In this document: one piece after another, positions 52,801 through 64,000 of the stretch | How the letters are laid out: the number at the start of each line of letters is the position of its first letter | Numbering within the stretch: position 1 is the stretch's first letter | The notes under the pieces: model-generated | Databases searched by the model: none | Seen by the model: only the letters and a program-made list of their open reading frames with translations | What the model was told of the DNA's origin: nothing | Made by a program: the position numbers and the translations under genes | Sequence record: SRR31156797_2722 | DNA length: 64,000 nucleotides | Direction: 5' to 3' (one strand)

Positions 52801-54311
52801 TCCTTCATCACCCCTGATGTATATTGGCTGTAATCCAATTCTACTTTTTCGCAAGAATTATACTTAAACGGAATACTAGCACTGGCTGTCACCCCAGTTT
52901 TATAAGGATTATAAGTTACCCAGCCGTTTTCATGACGGCCGGCATATAAATCGCCAGTATATTCTTCGGCAAAAAGTGTATTGAACTCTTCTACTTTACT
53001 GTCGATAGTAGCCCATCGGCTCGAATACGCCGACTTATTAACTTTAATATCAAATGAGTTGGCAACATCATCGCCAAGCCCAAAAACAGTTGGCACGGTT
53101 GGATAACGGCCTGTTTTTTTAAAAAAGCTCTTATTGTCTTCGAAATTGCCATCTCCATCCATGCGATAAAGGCCTTCGAATAAAGTTTCTGGCGAACTAT
53201 ATATTTGATCTGTAGTTCCGGAGTTTACATCATTAATGATAACCAGCTTTGTTCGATCTATTACTTCCTGCCGCTCAGGAATACGCACGGTACCATCAAT
53301 TACCTTTCTGAAAAGATCGATGCTAAAATTATCGAACTGAGAAAAAGTAGACCACCTGCGTTCAGTATAGCCATCAGTAGTGCCAGCAGCACTTAACTCT
53401 TGAAAGCATTGAAGCCATATTAATTCCGGTGCATCTATAACTGTTTGCCCGGTTAGCATCATGTGCTCTAAGTGAGGCGCCCCTCCGGTTGCTAAGATAA
53501 AATTATCATGTTCTCCACTGGCATCTGTCCAACCAGTGTCATCATACCGGATACCATAGTTTCCACTATATCCTGATAGATATGCCCCCAAGCAAATGCT
53601 CTCCATATCCGACTGATAGGACTGCTGTGTATATTTTTCGCACAGGATATAGTTTTCTGTATATTGCAAACAAGCTTCTGAAAATGCAGGATTACGCTTC
53701 ATCATAGCAATTGGGTTGATGCTTGGGCTCCATTGGTTACCACACCAGCTTACCACAAGGTAACCGCCATATTGGTTACATACTTTCAACAAATTTGAAA
53801 AGTGGGTAATCCTTTCGCTCCATGCAGGTGAAAGCGGGTCGTTTGCATCATCGTATCCCCAAAATTGCTCAGCATAGTTAAAACCTATAAAGTTTGGATA
53901 TTGCTGAAAAAATTCGTGATAAACAGACAAATCAAAATCTGAGAATTGCGCATAACCGCCACTGGCAATTTGTACCATTGCCCACATGCGGTTTTGAGCG
54001 CAGGTACGCACCCACGATTTTGCAATTTCGTATCCATATTCGGCCACCTTAAAACGGCTGGTTTCCGTATCATGGCTAATGGATAAAGAGATATTCATCA
54101 CCACAAAAGGCCTAATATCTTCAGGAATTAAATCTATTATTTTTTGTGGATCTGCATAATTCCATGTATCAATATGAACAAGCCACATTGGCTGCTGTGG
54201 TGATATCGGGCGCCTCAAAGGCTCCGTAGCAGAAACTGCAATAACCAACAGCAATAAAAAGGCTATTGATACCGCTTTTTTAATGAATAATTTAGTGTAG
54301 GATTTTTTCAT
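49890..54311 (-). CDS. Multimodular GH98 (probable endo-xylanase): GH98, CBM35/CBM6-like module, two unknown repeats, T9SS-like tail
   Basis: LRRPISPQQPMWLVHIDTWN, AEQFWG, KTGRYP; CBM motif YEAE...YTGQGY; internal 328-aa duplication; C-terminal YYSLTG..G.FI....KK. Confidence 0.85.
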   Translation of the reverse strand: MKKSYTKLFIKKAVSIAFLLLLVIAVSATEPLRRPISPQQPMWLVHIDTWNYADPQKIIDLIPEDIRPFVVMNISLSISHDTETSRFKVAEYGYEIAKSWVRTCAQNRMWAMVQIASGGYAQFSDFDLSVYHEFFQQYPNFIGFNYAEQFWGYDDANDPLSPAWSERITHFSNLLKVCNQYGGYLVVSWCGNQWSPSINPIAMMKRNPAFSEACLQYTENYILCEKYTQQSYQSDMESICLGAYLSGYSGNYGIRYDDTGWTDASGEHDNFILATGGAPHLEHMMLTGQTVIDAPELIWLQCFQELSAAGTTDGYTERRWSTFSQFDNFSIDLFRKVIDGTVRIPERQEVIDRTKLVIINDVNSGTTDQIYSSPETLFEGLYRMDGDGNFEDNKSFFKKTGRYPTVPTVFGLGDDVANSFDIKVNKSAYSSRWATIDSKVEEFNTLFAEEYTGDLYAGRHENGWVTYNPYKTGVTASASIPFKYNSCEKVELDYSQYTSGVMKEYADKVTFYLSNYDENNKSTLKTDVIKIYGSTSEPTFSYTDRASHIASNVTSSWDNGVFSLTVQHNGPIDITINCQGAETDRLTEYTDASISAPSQPSVYTGPLQYEAECFDYKNISGITTSGYSGSIRNYTGQGYLTFGTNASASVRDTVTVIRSGQYKLQAKYSTPGGDVTFIDLYVNGNKVVTPSFSGTNNTSVWDVNTQIVDLNEGKNVIEFKANAAGSNGIVFDNIVVTQGADSDVYNFSADEATTEASSPAAQLITVQSGSAGVVAYTDVNSSASNCFKTYTVGSLNGSAVADLDMFPDDAIDYSIVWKEYYGTTGGKKGVLLRGTGDNGACEYADGMKQGYLFIGLNNDDNTITLKPYVANNTGLASKPTYTTSFSVLPGEPYWLRATAYGNQLFFECSSDSLNWEGASETLFIDDTYTAGSSEIVWGLNSNNFNWVMDNIAYLSGSISVSKVNLDDFEYEQGAGPSENQAFSVAGNSLIGSILIQAPDNFEISLEETSGFSSAVEIAPEDGSVAETIIYARLKEGLAISTYSGQISISASSVAASVIEVSGQVEPVPNIRYYNFSNDEATTTAQTPPSWKTTIGQDNTATAGVVSFTDANGLTSNMLTAYSSGQKNSTGVINLDLFSTESTDYSVTWKQCVGSNEYYKVGMLLRGDVNNVGDDTNGYVQGIMEGYLFIVYTAGPDARSEFRIYSSTSSTGLNMMTNGYVDALAPAIGQPVWYRASVSGSSTVELSFEYSTDGITWVEASSATDASANAFQSGASQVVWGLAADNTDFYLDDITFNGLESENGTPDLISISTSELVGFKYDINGESNIQTFNVLGGSLIDDISIAAPIGFELSLVENQEYSTNVVLSPHNGSIAETLVYVRLQTGLSEGSYNANINISSIGVLTKTIALSGEVPNDVGIDDLPTASKIVISIEYYSLTGERINNVHNRTGFFIELKTYSDKTVSAKKILKINK

Positions 54312-54313
54312 TT

Positions 54314-56989
54314 TTATAAGCTTTCAGTTATTGATTTGACATAAGGGCTTTCTGGCATTTTAAGAAAAGTTTCTTCATACCCTCCGTTATCCACCACTAC
54401 CTTATATAGCACAATGCCAGGATCTAATGGGCGCACAGCTAAAGAATAAGTGGCATTATCGCACTTAGGCAGTTCCAAAGTTTCTACAACTTCAATCATA
54501 CGGGCTGCAGCCGTTGGGTACATTTTTGTATAGCAGTTTTTCCAAACCAGATCGTTATTAATATTGACTATTTTTTCAGAGGCTCCATCAAAAGCAACTG
54601 CGATACTATGCCCACCTTTTTTAAAAGGAAGCGTACTATCGAAATACAACCGGACTTTAATACTATCGGGTTTATAATGTAGTTTGATTTTATAAGAGAT
54701 AGATGAACCATTTGTGTCTTCGGAGTATGGCAATAAAGCCATGCCCGACAATGTCCGCCCCATCCCAGCTATTACCTTCCAATCACTATTTAGAGCAGCC
54801 TGGCAACTATAATAATGTTCAGACTCGATGGACACAACTCCATTTTCCTCGGCAAACACGTAACCGCCTGTTTGTTCTTCTGATGAAGAAATGCGAGTTA
54901 CCGAAGGCTTTATATTATTCTGTGGGGCATGCCATGATGAATAACCTATATGTATCTGATCCATCATATGATTCCATTTGCCATTGGCTAGTTTTTGATT
55001 ATAGCTGTTAACCAATTCTGCATCTCGCTTAAAGCAATATTCAACCCTATCTGCCCAAAAATTGGCAGCCATATCTTTCTCTTCCGCAAGTTTTTGGTTC
55101 ATGGCAACAGCCAAGTACATATCATATATATTTGCCAAAGCCTGCACCGGAAATAGCACCAGCTGAAAATAGGCATCCCTATAAACATCAGAAAGTGTCA
55201 TGTATTGCCTAAGGGCACGCGCTTCGAGCGCCAAAAACTCATCCCTAACCATTTTAAATTCCCCACTTTGCAGGTTGTATGTTTTTTCATTCAACATTTC
55301 GGGAGTAACACGGCTGGCGTATTTACAATAAGTATTCAGGATATAAGCCGCTTCAAGGGATTGTGCCTCTCCAAACTGCTGGGAACAAAATGATTTATAG
55401 TAATTATCGAGGTTGCTTAATGAATATGCGGCAGGATTCCATGCCATATTCATGAAAAAATCCATTGGATATTCATTGGGTTTTAAATCTCCTACATTAA
55501 GTATCCATAATTTATCTACCCCATAACTATAAGTGAGTTGAAGTTGCTCCCACATTTGTTGAATCTGAGTAACATTGAGCCACTTATTGGCACGAGGGGC
55601 ACCATAATATCCAACATGATAATACATGCCATAACCTCCTGGATGTTTGTCTTCATTCAACTCAGGTAAACGGTGCACATCGCCCCAATTATCATCACAA
55701 AAAGTAACAATAACATCATCGGGCACATGCATGCCTTGTCCGTAATATTCAAGTACTTCTTTATACAGCGTCCATACCTGAGGCACTTCTGAAGCAGAAT
55801 GGGCTGTAACCTCTTCTATTATCTGCCTTTGGCTCTTAATAATCTCCTCTAAAACTTTGAAATTAGCTTCGGCACTGCCAGCATCCACCATTGGCATATC
55901 TTCGTCGCCACGCATTCCAATAGTTATCATACTTTCGTAATTTTTGGTATGCTCAATGCCTTCGCGAAAAAACTTTTGAATCCCCTCTTTATTTCTCAGA
56001 TAATTCCATTGCCCATTACCATAATTGGTTTTATTTCGAATCCACTCTTGCTGCGAACGCTGCATTGGCTCGTGGTGAGAAGTACCTATGACAATGCCAT
56101 ACTCATCGGCCAAACGAGGATTTTCTGTATCATCTTCATTAAAACAGTTGCCCTGGTAATTGCCCTCTTCATCCTTAAGAATGGGCACCAAAGGTTTATA
56201 TTCAAGAAAAGAGCCCCACATGCCTGGCCACAATAAATTAGCCCTTAACCTTAAAAGTAATTCATACATATGGGCATACATTTGGCTATTCATGCCGCCA
56301 AATTTTTCTTTTGCCCACTGCTGCATACAGGGATTCTCGTCATTAATAAAAATGCCCCTGTACTTTACCTTTGGCTCGCCTGAATTGTATTGCCCGTGCA
56401 TTACATATGCTGATGGACGTTGCAACGGAGGCACATCGGCCCACCAATACCACGGTGATACCCCTAACTGTTTTGAAAGTTCATAGATACCATAAATGGT
56501 GCCACGCTTATCGCTACCTGCAATTACTAAGCTTTGTTTTGTACCCGCTCTATTATTTTTGAGGGTTGCAATGGTAAAACTCTCCCATTTCCCTTTAATG
56601 AACGATACATCTAATTTTTCGGCTTCTACTAATCCATCAATTAATTTGCTTTTGCCCAAAGTGCCAATTATTATATCGTATTGGCAGTTATTTTTTCCGG
56701 TAGTAACAATTGGCATCACTCCGGTTACTGCATTTATATCTTTTTGTAAATCAGCAACAGCCCTAATTACTCCTTTGTAATCATCCTGACAATAACGAAT
56801 AACAGCAGCCTCACTGCTCTCTGAAACAACGGGAAAAGCTAGTTGCCCTCTTGCATCATTAAAAACAAGAGTAGGCAACTCCTCTATGGTTTGTTGGGCA
56901 TTTACATTAACAACCAACAGTATATTAATTAAGGCAACTAAAAACCTCCTTTTTAATAGCATTAACTTAATAGGAATAATTTTATTCAT
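54314..56989 (-). CDS. GH115 alpha-glucuronidase (copy 3, with loop insertion)
   Basis: Same GH115 motifs (GSDKRG, YRGIFINDE, TSHHEPM, GMRGDED, LYKEV); closely similar to copy 2. Confidence 0.92.
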   Translation of the reverse strand: MNKIIPIKLMLLKRRFLVALINILLVVNVNAQQTIEELPTLVFNDARGQLAFPVVSESSEAAVIRYCQDDYKGVIRAVADLQKDINAVTGVMPIVTTGKNNCQYDIIIGTLGKSKLIDGLVEAEKLDVSFIKGKWESFTIATLKNNRAGTKQSLVIAGSDKRGTIYGIYELSKQLGVSPWYWWADVPPLQRPSAYVMHGQYNSGEPKVKYRGIFINDENPCMQQWAKEKFGGMNSQMYAHMYELLLRLRANLLWPGMWGSFLEYKPLVPILKDEEGNYQGNCFNEDDTENPRLADEYGIVIGTSHHEPMQRSQQEWIRNKTNYGNGQWNYLRNKEGIQKFFREGIEHTKNYESMITIGMRGDEDMPMVDAGSAEANFKVLEEIIKSQRQIIEEVTAHSASEVPQVWTLYKEVLEYYGQGMHVPDDVIVTFCDDNWGDVHRLPELNEDKHPGGYGMYYHVGYYGAPRANKWLNVTQIQQMWEQLQLTYSYGVDKLWILNVGDLKPNEYPMDFFMNMAWNPAAYSLSNLDNYYKSFCSQQFGEAQSLEAAYILNTYCKYASRVTPEMLNEKTYNLQSGEFKMVRDEFLALEARALRQYMTLSDVYRDAYFQLVLFPVQALANIYDMYLAVAMNQKLAEEKDMAANFWADRVEYCFKRDAELVNSYNQKLANGKWNHMMDQIHIGYSSWHAPQNNIKPSVTRISSSEEQTGGYVFAEENGVVSIESEHYYSCQAALNSDWKVIAGMGRTLSGMALLPYSEDTNGSSISYKIKLHYKPDSIKVRLYFDSTLPFKKGGHSIAVAFDGASEKIVNINNDLVWKNCYTKMYPTAAARMIEVVETLELPKCDNATYSLAVRPLDPGIVLYKVVVDNGGYEETFLKMPESPYVKSITESL

Positions 56990-57053
56990 AATCTCTTTTC
57001 CCGTACAAAAAACTCCCTCTTATTTTCCCAATCTTTGTTACCTCATAAACAAT

Positions 57054-59402
<2,349 letters not shown>

Positions 59403-59437
59403 TTATAGATTAATATTATTCCTTTATAAACTTGAAA

Positions 59438-59548
59438 CTAAATTACCTTTTACCTAAAAAGCCGCTTTTTACTCTAAGATATTTGATTTATGATATCAGA
59501 TAATAGCCGCCTTTTCAACAAGATACTCTAAGCAGAAATAAAGATATT
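59438..59548 (-). promoter_or_regulatory. Promoter with four direct-repeat half-sites
   Basis: Minus strand AATATCTT (59548), AGTATCTT (59527), ATTATCTG (59504), AATATCTT (59483), then a 30-bp gap and TAATTTAG (59445-59438). Confidence 0.62.
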
Positions 59549-59676
59549 GAATCACAATCCTGAAGAAGTTCAAAAAAAACAACAAAGGGTAGAGTTTTTT
59601 AAACCCGAAGAATTATTCCCCCTTTTATTTAATAACAAACACACAAAACACTTCTTCCATTATCAATTGATCCAAA

Positions 59677-61059
59677 TCACTCCATAAATTGCCAATAATC
59701 GAAATTCATAAGGACTTTTTCAGTTTTGCCTTTAAAGATGAAATAAACATCATGTACCCCGGTAATCTTTTCAACATCAATAGCAACTAAACCCCACTTG
59801 CCATCACCGCTAGACATTGGCACTTGCACACTCCCAACTAAAAGGCCATCCCGGCTATCGAGGCGGACTTCCATTATTGCGCCACTATCATTTGAAGTGC
59901 CAAGTTGTGCTGTAAATTTGACAGCCCCCTTTTCGCCAAAATCAACACCTTTAATTTTAGTGAATGCATTATTTGTTTTGGCAGTGATGAAAACACCATC
60001 TTCATTATCCTCTTTATATTTAACACCTTCGGACCAAGCCATTGTTTCAGCCTCATTTCTTTTGAATGGATTTAAATGTGCCACACCTTTATTCACGCCT
60101 TCTTTTGTTGGGGTGATTAATGGAATGGTTCCATCAGAATTATACTCAAATTGCTCAACACAAGTAGAGCGCCTAAAACCTCCGCCATTAGGCAACCCCT
60201 GGTTATGATAGAAGAAATATGAATTGCCTTTATAATCAATAATCCCGGCATGATTTGTAAATGCCAAGCCCTCTGAACGCTCCATTATTATCCCCTGGTA
60301 AGCCCATGGGCCTTCCGGCGATTTAGAGGTTGAATACCCAATGTATTCGGGCACGCCTTCTGCTGCGTAGATAAGGTAATAAAGATTGTTTCGCTTATAA
60401 AACCAAGGCCCTTCAACGTATTTGGTACCCGGAGTGCCATCTTTTTTTACCCCTTTCCCAAAAGATTCAGCAACCATATCAACCGATACCACACCATTAT
60501 TTCCAATACTTTTATCGTATGAAAGCATATCTTCATTCAATTTCACATACCAAACATTTGGATTTCCCCAGTATAAATAAGCCTGCCCATCATCATCTAT
60601 ATATACAGTCGGGTCAATATCATTCCACAAATGATCGCTATCAATTAGCTGTTTGCCCAAAGGATCGGTAAATGGGCCATATGGCGAATCTGCTACCAAA
60701 ACACAAATGCCAGTCCCGTGAATAGGCACATAAAGGTAGAATTTGCTATTTCGTTCAATACATTGAACAGCCCATGCCCCATTTGTTTTATCCAGCCACT
60801 TGAAGTTTTTTAACGATGCCACTGCACCGTGGTTTGTCCAATTCACCATATCAACCGATGAATAACAATGCCAATCGTACATTGTGAAAAAATTGTCTTT
60901 CGTATCGTCCTCATCATGCGATGTATAAAGAAAGACAGTATCGTTATAAACCATTGGTGCCGGATCGGCAGTAAAACTTGTTTGAATAATAGGGTTTTGT
61001 GCATTAAGCCCGCTAAGAACTGTTGCCAACAACAGGGCAATTAAATAACTTCTTTTCAT
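59677..61059 (-). CDS. GH43 (GH43_29-like) xylosidase/arabinofuranosidase with CBM6
   Basis: TADPAP, AWA, IDPTV, YVEGP, TNHAG; CBM6 motifs EAET, VDFG, GVHDVYF and NFDYW. Confidence 0.9.
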   Translation of the reverse strand: MKRSYLIALLLATVLSGLNAQNPIIQTSFTADPAPMVYNDTVFLYTSHDEDDTKDNFFTMYDWHCYSSVDMVNWTNHGAVASLKNFKWLDKTNGAWAVQCIERNSKFYLYVPIHGTGICVLVADSPYGPFTDPLGKQLIDSDHLWNDIDPTVYIDDDGQAYLYWGNPNVWYVKLNEDMLSYDKSIGNNGVVSVDMVAESFGKGVKKDGTPGTKYVEGPWFYKRNNLYYLIYAAEGVPEYIGYSTSKSPEGPWAYQGIIMERSEGLAFTNHAGIIDYKGNSYFFYHNQGLPNGGGFRRSTCVEQFEYNSDGTIPLITPTKEGVNKGVAHLNPFKRNEAETMAWSEGVKYKEDNEDGVFITAKTNNAFTKIKGVDFGEKGAVKFTAQLGTSNDSGAIMEVRLDSRDGLLVGSVQVPMSSGDGKWGLVAIDVEKITGVHDVYFIFKGKTEKVLMNFDYWQFME

Positions 61060-61426
61060 CTGTTTATATTTTGTTTTTTAAGGATATATGAAACTCGCCA
61101 ACTTAATCATTCTCATGTGTAAGAAAGTATTACTCATGGCTCGTTTCACAACTCTATTTTTTCAATAATTAAAGAACATAGAGGCACTGGGGCTCAATGT
61201 TCATTTTTATAGTGTTTTACATTATTTCCCAGGCTAACATTCTAAAGCTAGCACCGGTTATGACTGGTTATCATTTTTGCTGTATACAAGCAATGCACAA
61301 GCGACAGGTTGTGTATTTTTTTATGCTTCACTTTAGTTCTTATGCACTTTTTCGGAAAAAAACACCCGCTTATTTGCTACATTCCAGTAAGGCACAAGCG
61401 AGACGCTTGCGCCAGGTTGTTCATTC

Positions 61427-61484
61427 AAAAAAAAGCCTTCAGGAGGTGGCTCATTAATTATCAATGAGCCACCTCCTGAAGGCT
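61427..61484 (-). terminator. Intrinsic terminator with a 22-bp perfect stem
   Basis: agccttcaggaggtggctcatt-aattatc-aatgagccacctcctgaaggct, preceded by an A run (U tract on the minus strand). Confidence 0.85.
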
Positions 61485-61558
61485 AAATTATCGTATTAGT
61501 ACAATTATGATTTTCAGTATTAGATATTTTAGTTCTAAAATCGAACAACAAACACCTA

Positions 61559-62116
61559 TCACAAAAGCTTATAAACGCTTATAACCACATAAGGAGTTTC
61601 ACCAGCCTCTAACTTAGGAACTTGTAAAGTCCCTAAAAAAACGGCGTGGTTCAAATACTCATACGAGCTATTCACCGGCGCCTCGAAATTAAGCACCGAT
61701 TTTATATAAGGTATTTCCTTGCCATTACTTTTTGACAGGTGAAACAATGCCTTGTTAATTACCTGAATGACAACTCCATCGTCTGTCTTCAACATATAAC
61801 GGGCATTAAACTCAACATCGCCATCAGGCCTTACCAGTTGCCAATCTTCGCCGGCAGGAAGCACATCCCCCTTTATTTTAGGGCCTTTAAATGTGCCTCC
61901 TGTAATTGGGATAACCTGCCTTGAACCATTTTTGCTTTTACCTATTTGTATGGCTTCTCCAATGGTTACTTTTGCCTCCCACATAAACTCAGCCTTGAAA
62001 TCGACATAATTATCAATATTCTCCAAGCCGCTTGAATCCTGTGCAAATGCTGATGATTGCAAAGCCAAAGCAACAAGGATAAGCAACAAAACAACCTTAG
62101 TTTTTAAACGCTCCAT
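61559..62116 (-). CDS. DUF3237 family protein with signal peptide (likely start 62116)
   Basis: R.VIPITGGTF.GP.IKG.VLP.G.DWQ, ARYMLKTDDG..I, FEAP....YEYLN. Confidence 0.85.
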   Translation of the reverse strand: MERLKTKVVLLLILVALALQSSAFAQDSSGLENIDNYVDFKAEFMWEAKVTIGEAIQIGKSKNGSRQVIPITGGTFKGPKIKGDVLPAGEDWQLVRPDGDVEFNARYMLKTDDGVVIQVINKALFHLSKSNGKEIPYIKSVLNFEAPVNSSYEYLNHAVFLGTLQVPKLEAGETPYVVISVYKLL

Positions 62117-62144
62117 TTGTTTTACAATTGTCATTTGCAACAAT

Positions 62145-63710
62145 TTATTTTGCCCAAGCTTCTCCATTAGAAGTGCGCCTCCACTCAAAATAGGTATCCA
62201 GAACTTTCAACGGTTCCTCACTAGGCACAGTCCCTAAATGAGGTGTAGGGCCTAAATACATTACTTGCTTTGTGTCATTATTAAATGCTGGCCACTCAGG
62301 AAGCCCTTCTCCATTGGGATTGCCATACTTGGTAAAGTTCACCCAATAATCTCCCATAGCACGGGATATTTCAATATCTGATTCTGAAATATGAGGATTA
62401 GATGCATCCAGCTTTTGGAAAACATAAGCCACATCCTGCCCATGAGGCGAGCCATAACCAAATTGAGGGGAATCCTTAGGATAATCAGGATGCTGGTCGA
62501 AATAATAAAAGTACACTTTAGATTTGCCTGTTTGCGATTGAAGCCTTGCCCAGCTCCATGTGGGCCAGCCAAATGCAGCATCTCGCATTAAATCACGTGC
62601 TGTTTTAGGCACACTGTTTTCTTCAAGCGGATATGCTTCTAACAGGGCATCGGCATACTTTCCGAAACGACGTTTAACGCTATTTTTTACATTCTCCGGA
62701 TTTTTTTCCCACATAAAGCTTGCACCTTCGTCGGAATTATAACCGATAAGGACAGGAACATCATTGTACTGGCCTTTCTCATAAAGCTTATACTGATCGT
62801 CAGGGATAACCACGCCATCAACTACAGGCCAGCCACCAGGCATTGTCCATCCTGCAGGGATAAACTTTTCGCCATCCATTTTACGCAAATCAGCAATAGA
62901 AGCTCCTCCGTGTTGCTTCACATATTCAATGCCATCAGCTTCTGCCTGTTTTAAAGTTTTCATATTCTCCCCCGGATAGGTAGTAGGGCGTGTTGGCCCA
63001 AATGAGCCGCCGCTTTGTGAAATAGCGCCATGGAAAAGCCCTTTTGCCATCGGCGATGCGCATAACATACTTACCGAAATTGCCCCGGCAGACTCTCCGA
63101 ATATGGTTACCTTATCGGGGTCGCCACCAAAGGCTGCAATGTTTTTTTGTATCCATTTAAGCGCAGCAATCTGGTCTAACAAGCCATAGTTTCCAGAAAC
63201 ACTGTCTGAGCTTTCGGCAGTCAGCTCAGGATGAGACAAAAAACCGAGCTGGCCAACTCGGTAAGCAATACTAACCAACACAACGCCTTTCTTTGCCAGC
63301 GCAGCTCCGTCATATACAGGTTCCGAAGTAGCGCCAAAACTAAAGCCGCCTCCATAAATCCAAACCAATACAGGTATCTTCTCTTCAGCAGATATTGCAG
63401 GCGTCCAGACATTCAAGTACAAACAATCTTCGCTCTTGCCTGACGGCGGGTTGCCTCCCTGCATTGGGGCTGGGGCAAATTCTTTTGCTTCTTTTACTCC
63501 TTTCCACTTCTCGGCAGGCTGAGGGGCTTTCCAACGCAAATCACCCACCGGTGGTGCAGCAAAAGGGACACCTTTAAAAACAGTCAATCCATCTTCTTCA
63601 ACACCTTGTAAAATACCTTCTTCAACCTTTATCTGGCCAGGCTCAAGGCTTGTACAGGCATTCAGCATAATCATTATCATCCCAATAACCGAGTATATAT
63701 TTTTTTTCAT
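62145..63710 (-). CDS. Type-B carboxylesterase, lipoprotein (likely start 63710)
   Basis: FKGVPFA.PPVG.LRW, SEDCLYLNVW, YGGGF, FGESAG nucleophile, PHG.D; lipobox LNAC. Confidence 0.93.
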   Translation of the reverse strand: MKKNIYSVIGMIMIMLNACTSLEPGQIKVEEGILQGVEEDGLTVFKGVPFAAPPVGDLRWKAPQPAEKWKGVKEAKEFAPAPMQGGNPPSGKSEDCLYLNVWTPAISAEEKIPVLVWIYGGGFSFGATSEPVYDGAALAKKGVVLVSIAYRVGQLGFLSHPELTAESSDSVSGNYGLLDQIAALKWIQKNIAAFGGDPDKVTIFGESAGAISVSMLCASPMAKGLFHGAISQSGGSFGPTRPTTYPGENMKTLKQAEADGIEYVKQHGGASIADLRKMDGEKFIPAGWTMPGGWPVVDGVVIPDDQYKLYEKGQYNDVPVLIGYNSDEGASFMWEKNPENVKNSVKRRFGKYADALLEAYPLEENSVPKTARDLMRDAAFGWPTWSWARLQSQTGKSKVYFYYFDQHPDYPKDSPQFGYGSPHGQDVAYVFQKLDASNPHISESDIEISRAMGDYWVNFTKYGNPNGEGLPEWPAFNNDTKQVMYLGPTPHLGTVPSEEPLKVLDTYFEWRRTSNGEAWAK

Positions 63711-63724
63711 ATTTACCTCCAAAT

Positions 63725-64000
63725 TTATTTAAATAATACTTGAGAAAAATTATACAGATTATTTCGCCATACCGGCCATGAATGCCCTCCTGGATATTCG
63801 CTGTAAACATATTTTATCTTCATTTCATCGAACTTGCCCAGCATAAGTTGGCAGTTTTTCCATGCAATATCTTCTTTACCTCCCATCGAAATCCAGAAGC
63901 TTTTAAGATTTTTATTTATCAGCTTGGTGTTTTCCTTAATAAAAGCATACTGCTTATTAGCCAATTCATCTTGCATTGGATGAATCCATCCAGAACTAAA
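63725..64000 (-). CDS. CE1-like alpha/beta-hydrolase esterase, C-terminal part cut by the window edge
   Basis: Frame is open to the window end; FSSGW, GGKED and GGHSWPVWRNNL...LFK. Confidence 0.8.
   Translation of the reverse strand, partial: FSSGWIHPMQDELANKQYAFIKENTKLINKNLKSFWISMGGKEDIAWKNCQLMLGKFDEMKIKYVYSEYPGGHSWPVWRNNLYNFSQVLFK

Noticed and set aside
61197-61457. 86-aa plus-strand intergenic ORF
   Set aside because: Opposite to all neighbours, runs into the terminator hairpin and has no recognisable motif
62117-62188. Apparent overlap between DUF3237 and the carboxylesterase
   Set aside because: It disappears with the ATG at 62116, which gives a normal signal peptide

Overview
Low-GC Bacteroidota DNA (SusC/SusD pair, T9SS-type C-terminal domains, TAnnTTTG promoters) with three parts. 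(1) 1-3.6 kb is a replicon-like backbone: iteron-like repeats and an AT-rich tract, a 418-aa probable Rep-type initiator, a convergent Toprim primase-like gene, a catalytically degenerate MNT-like gene and a candidate structured small RNA. (2) 3.9-22.8 kb is a near-complete galacto(gluco)mannan utilization locus: SusC, SusD, SGBP, two GH26, GH130, 2-epimerase, MFS, GH27, ManA, GH5 and a divergent AraC regulator. (3) 23.9-64 kb is a large complex-xylan enzyme cluster: GH2, three GH115, SGNH esterase, MFS, GH10, four GH43-containing genes, GH67, GH95, GH146/127, GH97, a multimodular GH98 and other esterases, with no SusC/D or regulator in the window. The best candidates for something new are a putative plasmid/chromid origin directly adjoining 60 kb of hemicellulose genes, a 21-bp-periodic operator at fixed distance from four promoters, an unrecognised tandem-repeated domain in GH98, and the candidate sRNA. 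All family calls come from motif recognition by eye; no database search was run.
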